Shown here in pieces: positions 34,503 to 43,773 of a stretch of DNA of 64,000 nucleotides. A program made the translations under genes and the position numbers. Within the stretch, counting starts at the first letter, position 1, and each line of letters begins with the position of its first letter. This DNA is from Candidatus Fermentithermobacillaceae bacterium (GTDB taxonomy: Bacteria > Bacillota > Sulfobacillia > Fermentithermobacillales > Fermentithermobacillaceae): assembly GCA_012840345.1 (NCBI GenBank), contig DULO01000114.1:2192-66191 (forward strand). Direction: 5' to 3'. The notes beneath the pieces are model-generated. The model was not told the DNA's origin, searched no databases, and worked only from the letters and a program-made list of their open reading frames with translations.

Positions 34503-35318
34503 ATGAGAGGGATGAGCGAAAAGCTGATAGCCGGCGCGGTCCTGGTGGCCTTGATCGCCGCTTTCGCGTACTTCACGAATCCTACCGTCCAAGAGAGGCG
34601 AGCGTTGGAACAGGTCCGCCTAAAGGGCGGTTCGGAGAGGGACAATAGGCCGGTAGGTGAGATCGACCTCGTGAGGCTGTACCCCGACATTGTCTTGAGG
34701 CTGGGCCCTACCGATACCAAGACCGTGGCTTTGACCTTCGACGATGGGCCCGACATGCAGTATACGCCGCAGGTCCTTGACGTTCTTAGGGACAAAGGAG
34801 TAAAGGCTACCTTCTTCCTCATTGGAAACCGGGTGGAAGAGTACCCGGACGTGGCCAAGAGGATCGTTCAGGAAGGCCACCTGGTGGGAAACCACACCTA
34901 TTCCCACCCGGAGATCATGAAAGCCGGGGGCGAGCTCCTTAAGAGAGAACTGGCCCTCACTGAGCAAGCCCTGGCCAAAATAGGAGCGACGGGTTCGGGT
35001 CTGTTCCGCCCGCCTTACGGGGCGATTTCCCCGAATCTCGTTGAAGAGGCGGCCGCCTTAGGATACAGGGTAGCCATGTGGTCTGTGGATTCTTTGGACT
35101 GGCGGGGGTTGCCAAAGGACATGGTGGTCGCAAAGGTGATGGAAATGATGAGTCCGGGGGCGGTTGTCCTTCAGCACTCGTCGGGAGGGCCCGGAGAGGA
35201 CCTGTCAGGCTCGGTTCAGGCCCTCCCCGAGATCATTGACACCTTGAGGGAACAAGGTTACCGGTTCGTCAGGCTGGACGAGATGTTTCCCGCTGTCCCA
35301 GCGTCAAATCCCCAGTGA
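34503..35318 (+). CDS. polysaccharide deacetylase (NodB homology domain)
   Basis: VALTFDDGPD, ATFFLIGN, GNHTYSHP, RPPYG. Start moved to ATG 34503, because 34485 lies inside the upstream terminator. Confidence 0.85.
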   Translation: MRGMSEKLIAGAVLVALIAAFAYFTNPTVQERRALEQVRLKGGSERDNRPVGEIDLVRLYPDIVLRLGPTDTKTVALTFDDGPDMQYTPQVLDVLRDKGVKATFFLIGNRVEEYPDVAKRIVQEGHLVGNHTYSHPEIMKAGGELLKRELALTEQALAKIGATGSGLFRPPYGAISPNLVEEAAALGYRVAMWSVDSLDWRGLPKDMVVAKVMEMMSPGAVVLQHSSGGPGEDLSGSVQALPEIIDTLREQGYRFVRLDEMFPAVPASNPQ

Positions 35319-37610
35319 CGAGCCGGTCGGGTTGAAGTACCGTTCGATGGCCCGGTACAGTCCGGTGGCGGCCAGTTCCCAAGTGTTCGGGCTCCTAAGG
35401 TACGCTTCCTCGGTGTAATTCGAGATGTACATGACTTCTACCAGCACCGCGGGGCACTGGGCCTCCCTGACCACGAATAAGTCAGAATCCCTGACGCCCC
35501 TGTTGAGCGTCCCCAGTACCGGGCAGAGGTAGTTCTGTATAAGCCCGGCAAGCCTGCGGGATTCTTTGGCGTTCAGGGTCCTGTCGCAAACGTAGGTGGT
35601 GGTTCCCCTCGCGTTCCGGTCCACGGCCGAGTCGTTGTGAATTGAGATGAACAGGTCGGCGTTCTTGGACCACGCGGCGCGTCTAGCCAAGGAACCTGAG
35701 TATTCGTCCAGTCCCGGGACCCAACCTTCAGGCGCGGGGGTAGCGTCGTAAAGCCCGTGCCTCGTCATGATAACTACCGCCCCCTGCTTTCGGAGCAGGT
35801 CGGTGAGCTGTCTCGCGATTTCCCAGTTCACGTCGCGCTCACGGAGCCCTGTTGGTCCTATGGCGCCCGGATCGTCTGTCTCATGACCGGGGTCGATGAC
35901 TATTACCTTGCCCGCGAGTCCTGGCTTCAAAAACTTGGCCGTAAGCGAGTTGGACGTGCGTGTCAGCACGTAGGGAGCGTTCTCAGGGGTGTTGATAGTC
36001 ACGCTGGTCCCCCCGTCCCTCGCGCTTACTCCCGAGAGTTTCACCGAGTCTCCCAGGCCGTTCGCTTGACCGCCCGTGTAGGTCGCTCCGGGGATGAACA
36101 AGTCTAGAGTGTTTCCGTTTCTTACGACGTCGGGCCAAGCGTAACCCACGGTGTCTATGGTCACTATTTCAGCGTCTGTTCCTGAGCTTACGGAGATGCC
36201 GGTGACCGCCGGTACAAACTCAAGCACTACTTTGCCCGGGGTGTTTTGTTTGACCCTGTAGTTGGGCTTGTCCAAGAGCCTCACGGTAACATCGCTGGAC
36301 TTTACTTCGATGCTCTCAAACTCGTAGGCGTTTATGGGCAAGCGGGTGTCAACGCCGAAGAAAGAGGATGTGCTTACGATTACGGACTTCCCGTCGCTGC
36401 CCGGCAATACCGCGGCGGACGCGAAGTTGCCCGTTACTGTCAGGGATCTGACAGATCCTGAGGCATCGGCGACCACTGAAAAGCCCGTCGCCTTTTGGTT
36501 CGCTGATGCGTTTGTTAGGTAGGCGGCTACCCACCCTGTTACCCCTCTGGGGGATACCGCTCTTACCCAATCGCCTTGTCGCTCGATGAACCGCAGGACA
36601 TCGCCTTTTTGCAACATGCCTATGACCCCGTAGGTTAACCCCGGTCCTGACCTGAAGTTCACATCTGTGGCGGTGACGGTCACAGTGGAATACTTCCCGA
36701 TGCTCCACGAAGTCTCCGAAATTCCAAAGGAAAGAGAGCTGTCTTTGGCCGAGGTTACTACGGCCGATGGGCCGTACACCCATCCGCCGACTCCCTGAGA
36801 GGTGAGCACCGCGATGTACGCTCCACGGCAGCCCACAAGCTTGGCGGTCTCGCCCTTGCGCAAGGTGGCGAGAGTTTCAGAACCAACCATGGCGCTGTGG
36901 GTGACCTTGAGGGAGCTCCCTGACGGAGACACCAGAAGATCGGTCGCCTGGATATCCACGGGCTTCCTGTATTCCAAGACCAGCAGGTCTTCCCTAATCC
37001 AGCCGTATCCGCCTTCACCCAAGGTGACTCTGACCCATTCGCCCCGTTTGGCTTCGGCGGGGAGCACCGTGCCGGCTTGCACCATGAGTTTCACAGGATA
37101 TGTGGTGGATGGGCCTTGCCGGACGTTCACGTCGGTTTTTGTGATTCTTGCCGAAATACCTCGGGACGCTAAGTCGACATCCACAAGCCAACCTGCTATG
37201 TAGCCTTCCCGCGAGTCAAGATTTATCCTGTACCAGCCATTTTGTGATCCTAGTATTTGGACGCGCTTCCCCTGGAGGACTTGTCCCATCCACGGGTACG
37301 AAGTGTCCGGACCTGTCCTTACGTTGCACACATCTCCCTGAACTATCGCCTCAAACCCGGCGAAATCGGAGGGAACCGGGGATGCGGGGGAGTCGGCTGA
37401 GGCGATTGAAGGTTTTAGGGACATGAGTAGGGACAAACAAAGCATTAGGGCGAACATCCTGCCCGGCAATGGTTTGTTGTAGAGCTGTCGTTTGCTTGTT
37501 TTCAAGGCAGTCACCCCGGACCATTCTTTTCTGCAACTGGAACTCATTTCTTGCAGTATGACGTTATTCCTGCGGTGCTTGTTCCGCTGTCTTACGGGTT
37601 TCGACAACAC
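35304..37610 (-). CDS. N-acetylmuramoyl-L-alanine amidase (Amidase_3) with four SH3b-like repeats
   Basis: C-terminal VIVIDPGHETDDPGAIGP...FISIHNDS...EVMYISN. The N-terminal half carries four repeats of the type TDVNVRQGPSTTYP...GEWVRV...GWI. Signal-like MFALMLCLSLLMSL..ASA. Start uncertain (37610, 37547 or 37457). Confidence 0.8.
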   Translation of the reverse strand: MLSKPVRQRNKHRRNNVILQEMSSSCRKEWSGVTALKTSKRQLYNKPLPGRMFALMLCLSLLMSLKPSIASADSPASPVPSDFAGFEAIVQGDVCNVRTGPDTSYPWMGQVLQGKRVQILGSQNGWYRINLDSREGYIAGWLVDVDLASRGISARITKTDVNVRQGPSTTYPVKLMVQAGTVLPAEAKRGEWVRVTLGEGGYGWIREDLLVLEYRKPVDIQATDLLVSPSGSSLKVTHSAMVGSETLATLRKGETAKLVGCRGAYIAVLTSQGVGGWVYGPSAVVTSAKDSSLSFGISETSWSIGKYSTVTVTATDVNFRSGPGLTYGVIGMLQKGDVLRFIERQGDWVRAVSPRGVTGWVAAYLTNASANQKATGFSVVADASGSVRSLTVTGNFASAAVLPGSDGKSVIVSTSSFFGVDTRLPINAYEFESIEVKSSDVTVRLLDKPNYRVKQNTPGKVVLEFVPAVTGISVSSGTDAEIVTIDTVGYAWPDVVRNGNTLDLFIPGATYTGGQANGLGDSVKLSGVSARDGGTSVTINTPENAPYVLTRTSNSLTAKFLKPGLAGKVIVIDPGHETDDPGAIGPTGLRERDVNWEIARQLTDLLRKQGAVVIMTRHGLYDATPAPEGWVPGLDEYSGSLARRAAWSKNADLFISIHNDSAVDRNARGTTTYVCDRTLNAKESRRLAGLIQNYLCPVLGTLNRGVRDSDLFVVREAQCPAVLVEVMYISNYTEEAYLRSPNTWELAATGLYRAIERYFNPTGSSLGI

Positions 37611-37654
37611 TCACATTATCGTAATTCCATAGGGCAATGAGGACAAAAAGCGGC

Positions 37655-37680
37655 AAAAAAGGAAAAAGGGCTCCGGAGCC
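37655..37680 (-). terminator. terminator after iscU (minus strand)
   Basis: On the minus strand: GGCTCCGGAGCC followed by CTTTTTCCTTTTTTGCC. Confidence 0.6.
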
Positions 37681-37713
37681 ATCGTGTCCAAAGCCCTTTC
37701 GATCTAAGCTGTC

Positions 37714-38097
37714 TTACGCCCCGGAGTTCGCCGGATGCTTGGCGCGGTAGTCCTCGATGGCCTTATGAAGGGCGTCCGCCGCCAGATTTGAACAGTGCAT
37801 TTTCTGGGCCGGAAGACCTCCCAAGGCTTCCGCTACCGCCTTGTTGGAGACTTCCATGGCCTCATCCAAGGTCAGGCCCTTGACCAGTTCAGTTACCATG
37901 GAACTTGTCGCGATTGCCGCGCCGCACCCAAAAGTGCGGAACTTGATATCGGCGATCTTCCCGTCCTCAACCCGGATGGTGATGCGCATGACATCGCCGC
38001 AAACCGGGTTTCCAACTTGGCCCGCCCCGTCGGCGTCCTGGATTTCTCCCACATTTCTGGGGTTCATGAAGTGGTCCATGACCTTGTCGTTATACAT
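37714..38097 (-). CDS. iscU: Fe-S cluster scaffold protein
   Basis: GNPVCGDVM, FGCGAAIATSS, HCSNLAADAL (three conserved Cys). Confidence 0.9.
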   Translation of the reverse strand: MYNDKVMDHFMNPRNVGEIQDADGAGQVGNPVCGDVMRITIRVEDGKIADIKFRTFGCGAAIATSSMVTELVKGLTLDEAMEVSNKAVAEALGGLPAQKMHCSNLAADALHKAIEDYRAKHPANSGA

Positions 38098-38136
38098 AGA
38101 AACCCACGCCTTTCTGGGAATCCAAATGTCTTTGCC

Positions 38137-39321
38137 TTACCGAAAAACCGACATGTCCCGCAACTTGGACACGATCGGCGGCAATACTGAGATGACGTAA
38201 TCTATATCTTCTTCCGAGTTTCCTTTGCCGAGGGTCATCCGCACGGAGCCGTGGGCAAGTTCGTGAGGCAGGCCCATGGCCAGGAGCACGTGAGAAGGTT
38301 CCAAGGAACCCGACGTGCAGGCCGAGCCTGACGACGCGCCGATCCCCATCAAGTCCAGGTTTAGGAGAATTGACTCTCCTTCTATAAACTTGAAGCTTAT
38401 GTTGACGTGGTGGGGCAGCCTGATGGTGGGATGGCCGTTTAGCACCGTGTCCGGGATGGAATCGAGGATGCCTCCGATCAGGCGGTCCCTAAGCCGGGTA
38501 AGCCTCAACGATTCTTCCGGCATCTCCTCTTTGGCGAGGCGGCACGCTTCCCCAAAACCGACGATGCCGGGCACGTTTTCCGTTCCCGCCCTAAGGCCGC
38601 GCTCATGGCTTCCGCCTGTAGCTTGCGGGCTGAGCCTTACGCCTTTGCGCACGTATAGGGCTCCGACTCCCTTGGGGCCGTACATCTTGTGGCTGGACAT
38701 GGTCAGCAAATCGATGTTCATATCGGAAACGTCGATAGGTATCTTACCGGCGCTCTGGACGGCATCCACGTGAAACGTCACACCGTGCCTTCGCGCTATC
38801 TGACCTATCTCTCTTACCGGTTCTATGGTGCCGACTTCGTTTTGGCCGTGCATGATCGTGATAAGTATGGTCTCGTCGGTGATGGCTTTCTCCACGTCTT
38901 CCGGGTCGATCATGCCGTACTTGTCCACGGGCAGGTAGGTGACCTTAAACCCCTCTTTTTCCAGGGTTTCGCACGTGTGGAGCACCGCGTGGTGTTCTAC
39001 GGACGAGGTAATCAGGTGGTTTCCTTTCGAGCGCTTGTGCCAGGCCGTACCCCGTATGGCCAGGTTGTCGGCTTCGGTTCCCCCTGAGGTGAAAATGATC
39101 TCTTGGGGAGCCGCGCCGATTAAGGACGCGACCTTGGCCCTGGCGTCCTCAACAGCCGCCCTTGCTTCCCTGCCCCAGCGGTGGATGCTGGACGGGTTTC
39201 CGAACTGGCCCGCGAAGTAGGGCATCATGGCTCCCATCACTTCGGCCCTTACCGGAGTGGTAGCTGAATGGTCCAGGTAAACCCGGCGAACGCCGGCTTT
39301 GTTCTCAGAATCAGAAGTCAT
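38137..39321 (-). CDS. iscS: cysteine desulfurase (NifS/IscS type)
   Basis: PLP-lysine block SSHKMYGPKGVGALY and catalytic Cys loop SSGSACTSG. Confidence 0.9.
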   Translation of the reverse strand: MTSDSENKAGVRRVYLDHSATTPVRAEVMGAMMPYFAGQFGNPSSIHRWGREARAAVEDARAKVASLIGAAPQEIIFTSGGTEADNLAIRGTAWHKRSKGNHLITSSVEHHAVLHTCETLEKEGFKVTYLPVDKYGMIDPEDVEKAITDETILITIMHGQNEVGTIEPVREIGQIARRHGVTFHVDAVQSAGKIPIDVSDMNIDLLTMSSHKMYGPKGVGALYVRKGVRLSPQATGGSHERGLRAGTENVPGIVGFGEACRLAKEEMPEESLRLTRLRDRLIGGILDSIPDTVLNGHPTIRLPHHVNISFKFIEGESILLNLDLMGIGASSGSACTSGSLEPSHVLLAMGLPHELAHGSVRMTLGKGNSEEDIDYVISVLPPIVSKLRDMSVFR

Positions 39322-39365
39322 ATCGCTTGAAGCCTCCTTAGCTCCGACAGACTATCGCCAAACCG

Positions 39366-39773
39366 TCACTCTTGGAGAAGGTCTTCGAGAGTAACCGAAT
39401 CGAGAACAGAATCAATGGCTTCTCCGACTTTCCGCCACACCCGTCGAGCCTGGCAGTTATCCGGGCACTCATCGGGCACATCTCCTTCGCCCGCGCATTT
39501 TACGGGTACTACCGGGCCTTCCACGGTCCTTACTATGTTCCCCACGGTGATCTGGCTCGGGGGGAGCGCCAAGGTGTATCCCCCGCCGAAGCCGCGCCTG
39601 CTTTCGACCAGTCCGGCGTCTCTTAGGGGACGAACGATCTGTTCCAGGTAGCCCGGGGAGACCTTTTGGACTCCTGCGATGTCTGCCAAGGAACAAAAGG
39701 AGTCTCCGGCTCGAGCCAACTCGTACATGAGGAGCACGGCGTAGTGTCCGCGAGTGGAAAGCCGAAAAGGCAT
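39366..39773 (-). CDS. Rrf2-family transcriptional regulator (IscR/CymR-like)
   Basis: STRGHYAVLLMYELA wHTH start. Three clustered Cys (VKCAGEGDVPDECPDNCQ). Heads the iscS-iscU operon. Confidence 0.8.
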   Translation of the reverse strand: MPFRLSTRGHYAVLLMYELARAGDSFCSLADIAGVQKVSPGYLEQIVRPLRDAGLVESRRGFGGGYTLALPPSQITVGNIVRTVEGPVVPVKCAGEGDVPDECPDNCQARRVWRKVGEAIDSVLDSVTLEDLLQE

Positions 39774-39797
39774 TTGGCCGCCTCCCTTTCTCCTTAT

Positions 39798-39826
39798 ACT
39801 AATCCTATTATTATAGTAGGATTAGT
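39798..39826. promoter_or_regulatory. perfect 10-bp inverted repeat, candidate Rrf2 operator
   Basis: ACTAATCCTA-ttattatag-TAGGATTAGT, 25 nt upstream of the Rrf2 start codon in an AT-rich spacer. Confidence 0.5.
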
Positions 39827-39936
39827 TCCAGTCAAGGGGTAAGCGCCTTTGAGAAACGGGGTTTTCAGGAGGTATTATACATCTAGTAAGCGAAACCTAG
39901 TGGTGTCCCAAATCAGGATTAAGTGGGGGTCTCGCT

Positions 39937-41394
39937 GTGATGATGGATGAGAAGTCCCTCCGGGAAATTGTGAAAAACCTTGAGAAAGAAGCGAAAAACC
40001 GGCCCAAGGACATGGGTATCCGGCTTCAGCTTGCCTTGTCCTACATGAAACTGGGAGAAGCCGACAAGGGATCGGAGGAACTCTCCTATGTCATCGCGGA
40101 GGACCCGAAAAACGTTGATGCCCACTACTACTTCGGGATCCTGAGCGCGGATCAAGGCGATATCGAAAAAGCTCTGGAGTACTTTCAGGAGACGGTCAAG
40201 CTGGACCCTAAACACGGACCGGCCCATTACTTCTTGGGAAAGGTCCTCGCTTTGAAGGGCGACCTGCCGGGCGCGCTCAAGGCGACGGAGACCGCCAGGG
40301 ATGTGGCCCCGAACAACGTTTTGGCCCGAAACCAGCTGGGAGAGCTCTACATAGCAGCCGGACGGGTCCAAGACGCGGTTTCCGAGTGGACCAAGGCGCT
40401 TGAGTTGGACCCGTCAAACCTGCAAGCCCTCCATAACCTCGGCGCGGCTTACACCGACCGCAAAGACTACGATAAAGCCTTGGAGTACTTGACCAGGGCG
40501 GAAAACCTAGGTTCCGAAAACCCCGGGCTTTTCTACAACTTGGGGCTATGCCATTTGGGCCTGGAACGCACTGACAAAGCGGTCTCGTATCTGCGCAAGG
40601 CCTACGAACTTCAGCCGGGGAACTCCTCAACGTTGATCACACTGGGTGAAGCTCAAGTCTCGGCGGGGGACCTGGACGGGGCCATGGAAACGTGGCAGGA
40701 AGCCCTCAAGGTTAATCCAAACGAAATCGCGGCCACCTACAACTTGGGGCTGGCCCACTTGCAGAAGGGCGATAAAGAAAAAGCCCGAGAACTGTGGCAG
40801 CAGTGTTTGTCTCAAGACCCGGGCTACGTCATGGCCCACCGAAACCTGGCAACTTTGGCGGTCATAGACGGCGATTACGATGAGGCCGTCAACCACTGGC
40901 TCGCGGTCAAGAAGGCCGAGCCCCAGTCGGTCGAGGCGGATCTGGCGTTAGCCGAGTTGTTCTTCCGGAAAGGGGACTACGGGCAGTCATCCCAGATAAT
41001 CACCTACCTTTTGAAAAGGCTGGACGAATCCGGGGAAGTGTCGAATAAGCGTTTGATAGTGTCAGTGACCGAACTCCTTCACGGAGCCGTCCTCTTGGCT
41101 CAAGGCAAGGACAGAGACGGTGTGTCCAAGTGGGTCCAGTCGATGAGACACAACCCCAATTTCGCGCTTGATAACGGCGGCTTTATCGCGAGGTGCGTTT
41201 GGCCCGAACTGATCCGGAACGCCGAGAAAGCCGCCAGGAGTGAGGACGAAGAAAAGGCCGTGGGTCTGGTAAAGAGCTTTGTTAAGGAAGATACCTTGCC
41301 GCCCTCGGGACACCGCGACGAAAAAGTCGCTAAAGAGGGCGAAAAGGAAGGCAAGAAGGGAGCCCGCTCGTGGTTTTTCAGGGGAAAGAAGTAA
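39937..41394 (+). CDS. TPR-repeat protein
   Basis: Many 34-aa repeats of the type A..NLG.AY...G.Y.KA.E...KA.ELDP. Lys/Glu-rich tail. Confidence 0.8.
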   Translation: MMMDEKSLREIVKNLEKEAKNRPKDMGIRLQLALSYMKLGEADKGSEELSYVIAEDPKNVDAHYYFGILSADQGDIEKALEYFQETVKLDPKHGPAHYFLGKVLALKGDLPGALKATETARDVAPNNVLARNQLGELYIAAGRVQDAVSEWTKALELDPSNLQALHNLGAAYTDRKDYDKALEYLTRAENLGSENPGLFYNLGLCHLGLERTDKAVSYLRKAYELQPGNSSTLITLGEAQVSAGDLDGAMETWQEALKVNPNEIAATYNLGLAHLQKGDKEKARELWQQCLSQDPGYVMAHRNLATLAVIDGDYDEAVNHWLAVKKAEPQSVEADLALAELFFRKGDYGQSSQIITYLLKRLDESGEVSNKRLIVSVTELLHGAVLLAQGKDRDGVSKWVQSMRHNPNFALDNGGFIARCVWPELIRNAEKAARSEDEEKAVGLVKSFVKEDTLPPSGHRDEKVAKEGEKEGKKGARSWFFRGKK

Positions 41395-42230
41395 AAGAAA
41401 AGGGTTCTTTAGAAAACATCCAGGTCATCGCCCTTGTGGGTCCAAGCGGCACGGGAAAGTCCCACAGGGCCATGGCGGTCGCCCAAGAATGGGGTTGCGA
41501 CGCCCTGATTGACGACGGCCTCCTTATCGCCGGCTCGCGGGTTTTGGCGGGAAGATCGGCAAAGAGAGAGGAGACGAGGACGGCCGCCATCCGCAGGGCT
41601 ATCTTCTCGACCCCGGGGCATGTTTTGGAAGTAAGAGACGCGCTGGAAGACCTATCTCCCTCCAGGATCTTGATTCTGGGCACGTCAATGACCATGGTGG
41701 ACCGGATAGCGTCCAGGCTTGGGCTTCCGCGTCCCATGGAGTACATCAACATCAAGGACTTGGCTACAAGCGAAGAGATCGATAGGGCCTTGTGGCAGAG
41801 ACGGCGGGAAGGAAAGCACGTTATCCCCGCCCCGGCTTTTGAGGTGAAGAAGACCTTTTCCGGCTACCTGGTGGACCCCCTTCAGATGTTCATAAGGTCC
41901 AGGGAGCAACGGTTCGTGCCCGCCGAAAGGTCCGTCGTCAGGCCCACTTACAGTTATTTCGGCCACTTCTACATCGCCGACGCGGTGGTGATGCAGATCG
42001 CCCAGAAGATCTGCATGGAAGTGGAGGGCGTTAAGCGCGTACTCAAGGTAATGGTGCTTGCCACGGGGGAAGGGACCATCATAGACGTGGAACTGGTCCT
42101 AGGTTACGGGACCAAGGTCTTCGAGGTAATGAGGGCCGTTCAGCGCGCGCTCAAGGAAAAGCTGGAGTATCTCACCGGCATATACCTGGAAAGAGTAGAC
42201 ATTTCCACCAAGAAAATAAGCCTTGAATGA
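41370..42230 (+). CDS. P-loop (HprK-like?) domain fused to an Asp23/Gls24-type domain
   Basis: ALVGPSGTGKSHRAMAVAQEWGCDALIDDGLLI recalls the HPr-kinase P-loop plus DD block. The C-terminal YIADAVVMQIAQKICMEVEGVKRV...IDVELVLGYGTKVFEVMRAVQRALKEKLEYLTG matches the Asp23 pattern. Confidence 0.5.
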   Translation: MVFQGKEVKEKGSLENIQVIALVGPSGTGKSHRAMAVAQEWGCDALIDDGLLIAGSRVLAGRSAKREETRTAAIRRAIFSTPGHVLEVRDALEDLSPSRILILGTSMTMVDRIASRLGLPRPMEYINIKDLATSEEIDRALWQRRREGKHVIPAPAFEVKKTFSGYLVDPLQMFIRSREQRFVPAERSVVRPTYSYFGHFYIADAVVMQIAQKICMEVEGVKRVLKVMVLATGEGTIIDVELVLGYGTKVFEVMRAVQRALKEKLEYLTGIYLERVDISTKKISLE

Positions 42231-42290
42231 AAGAGGGTAAACAAGCAAGACGCACGTTAGGCCGAAATAGATGTGAGGAAGGGGGAGAAG

Positions 42291-43631
42291 ATGAAGCCCG
42301 GCTACAGCCTGCAGTTGTTGCAGAGCCAGAGGCTCAGCCTCACGCCTGAGTTAAGACAGGCGATTATGGTCCTGCAGATGAACGCCTTGGAGTTGACCGA
42401 GTTCTTAAGGGCACAAGCGGAAGACAACCCGCTTCTGGAGGTCAACGAGGATAGTTGGGATGAGAGTCTTCCGGAACCTGAGATCCTTCAAGAACCTTCC
42501 GATCCCGCGCTAGATGAGAGTTATTTCCCGCAAGAACCTCGATACTCGGACGCCCGCGAAAGATTGACGGAAACCCGTATAAGTTTGAGACAACATCTAA
42601 TGTCCCAACTGGGGCTCATGCCTCTTACCGAAAAAGAGTACGACGCGTGCGAGTTTGTCGTGGGGAACATTGACGACAACGGCTACTTGGTCGCTTCGGA
42701 AGAAGAAATCGCCATATCTTCCGGTTTTCCGGTCTCGCTCATCTCCAAAGTGTCGGAGATCGTTCGGACGCTGGACCCGTCGGGAGTAGGCGCCAGAAAC
42801 CTCAAAGAATGCCTCTTAATCCAGGCAAAAGACAGGGCGGAATCGCCCTTGGTGTTGGCGTTGATTGAGAGGCACCTTGAGGATCTGGGAGCGGGGCGGT
42901 ACAAGAAGATCGCCAAAGAGGAAAACGTTCCCCTCAAAGATGTTTTGGCCGCCCGCGAAGTCGTGCTCAGCCTTGATCCTAAGCCCGGGTCGCGGTTTTC
43001 CACCCAAAAGCCTGGGTACGTGGTGCCCGACGTATATGTCGAGCGGGAAGGAGACCGGCTTCTCGTCCGTTACAATGAAAAAGCCGTGCCTCGCGTTCGC
43101 TACAATGCTTACTATATGAGGCTACTGGAATCAGGGGACGCCGACACCAGGGCATACCTTGCGGACAGGCTTCGCCGGGCCAAGGCCCTCGTAGGCAGCA
43201 TACAGGAGAGGCGCGCTACGATGCTTCGAGTGATGAACTGCCTTATCTCCCACCAGAAACGCTTTTTCACAGAAGGTCCGCTGCAAGTCCGCCCTCTCAC
43301 CTTGAGAGAGATAGCTTCCGAACTCTCAATGCATGAGTCAACCGTAAGCCGCTCCCTATCAAACAAGTTCATAGGCACTCCGTTTGGAACGTTCCCGTGC
43401 AAGATGCTCTTGAGCTCCAGAGTACAATCAAATGGAGAAGATATATCTCAGCACGCCGTAAAGAAACTGGTACAAGAAATGGTGATGGCCGAAGACCCCA
43501 GAAACCCCCTTTCTGACCAGCAGATCGCGGAGAACTTGTCTCGATTGGGCCTTAAGGTGGCCAGGCGTACCGTCGCCAAGTACCGCGCGATGCTCGGCAT
43601 TCAACCCTCAAACAGGCGCCGCAAGGCCTGA
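42291..43631 (+). CDS. rpoN: RNA polymerase sigma-54 factor
   Basis: Region I LQSQRLSLTPELRQAIMVLQM, HTH ESTVSRSLSNKF, RpoN box ARRTVAKYR. ATG 42291 follows GGAAGGGGGAG. Confidence 0.92.
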   Translation: MKPGYSLQLLQSQRLSLTPELRQAIMVLQMNALELTEFLRAQAEDNPLLEVNEDSWDESLPEPEILQEPSDPALDESYFPQEPRYSDARERLTETRISLRQHLMSQLGLMPLTEKEYDACEFVVGNIDDNGYLVASEEEIAISSGFPVSLISKVSEIVRTLDPSGVGARNLKECLLIQAKDRAESPLVLALIERHLEDLGAGRYKKIAKEENVPLKDVLAAREVVLSLDPKPGSRFSTQKPGYVVPDVYVEREGDRLLVRYNEKAVPRVRYNAYYMRLLESGDADTRAYLADRLRRAKALVGSIQERRATMLRVMNCLISHQKRFFTEGPLQVRPLTLREIASELSMHESTVSRSLSNKFIGTPFGTFPCKMLLSSRVQSNGEDISQHAVKKLVQEMVMAEDPRNPLSDQQIAENLSRLGLKVARRTVAKYRAMLGIQPSNRRRKA

Positions 43632-43698
43632 TTGCCGTACACTTCGCTATTTGTGAATCGAATCACTAACTTAAGCATTGTCCGAACTGGCGAATTGT

Positions 43699-43728
43699 TT
43701 GACGGAACACGTCGTAAGCGGCTAGAAT
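43699..43728 (+). promoter_or_regulatory. possible sigma-70-type promoter for the rnf operon
   Basis: TTGACG, an 18-nt spacer, then TAGAAT, about 45 nt upstream of rnfC. Confidence 0.3.
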
Positions 43729-43773
43729 ATTGGTTGTGCCATATGAAACAAACACCTTTAAAACTGCGATGAG

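Noticed and set aside
43632-43773. Search for a sigma-54 promoter (TGGCAC-N5-TTGC) downstream of rpoN and in other spacers (6180-6336, 17155-17244, 28411-28485, 42231-42290)
   Set aside because: I found no GG/GC pair with the correct 11-nt register in any intergenic region. TGGCATGG at about 1399 is inside metI and has the wrong spacing.
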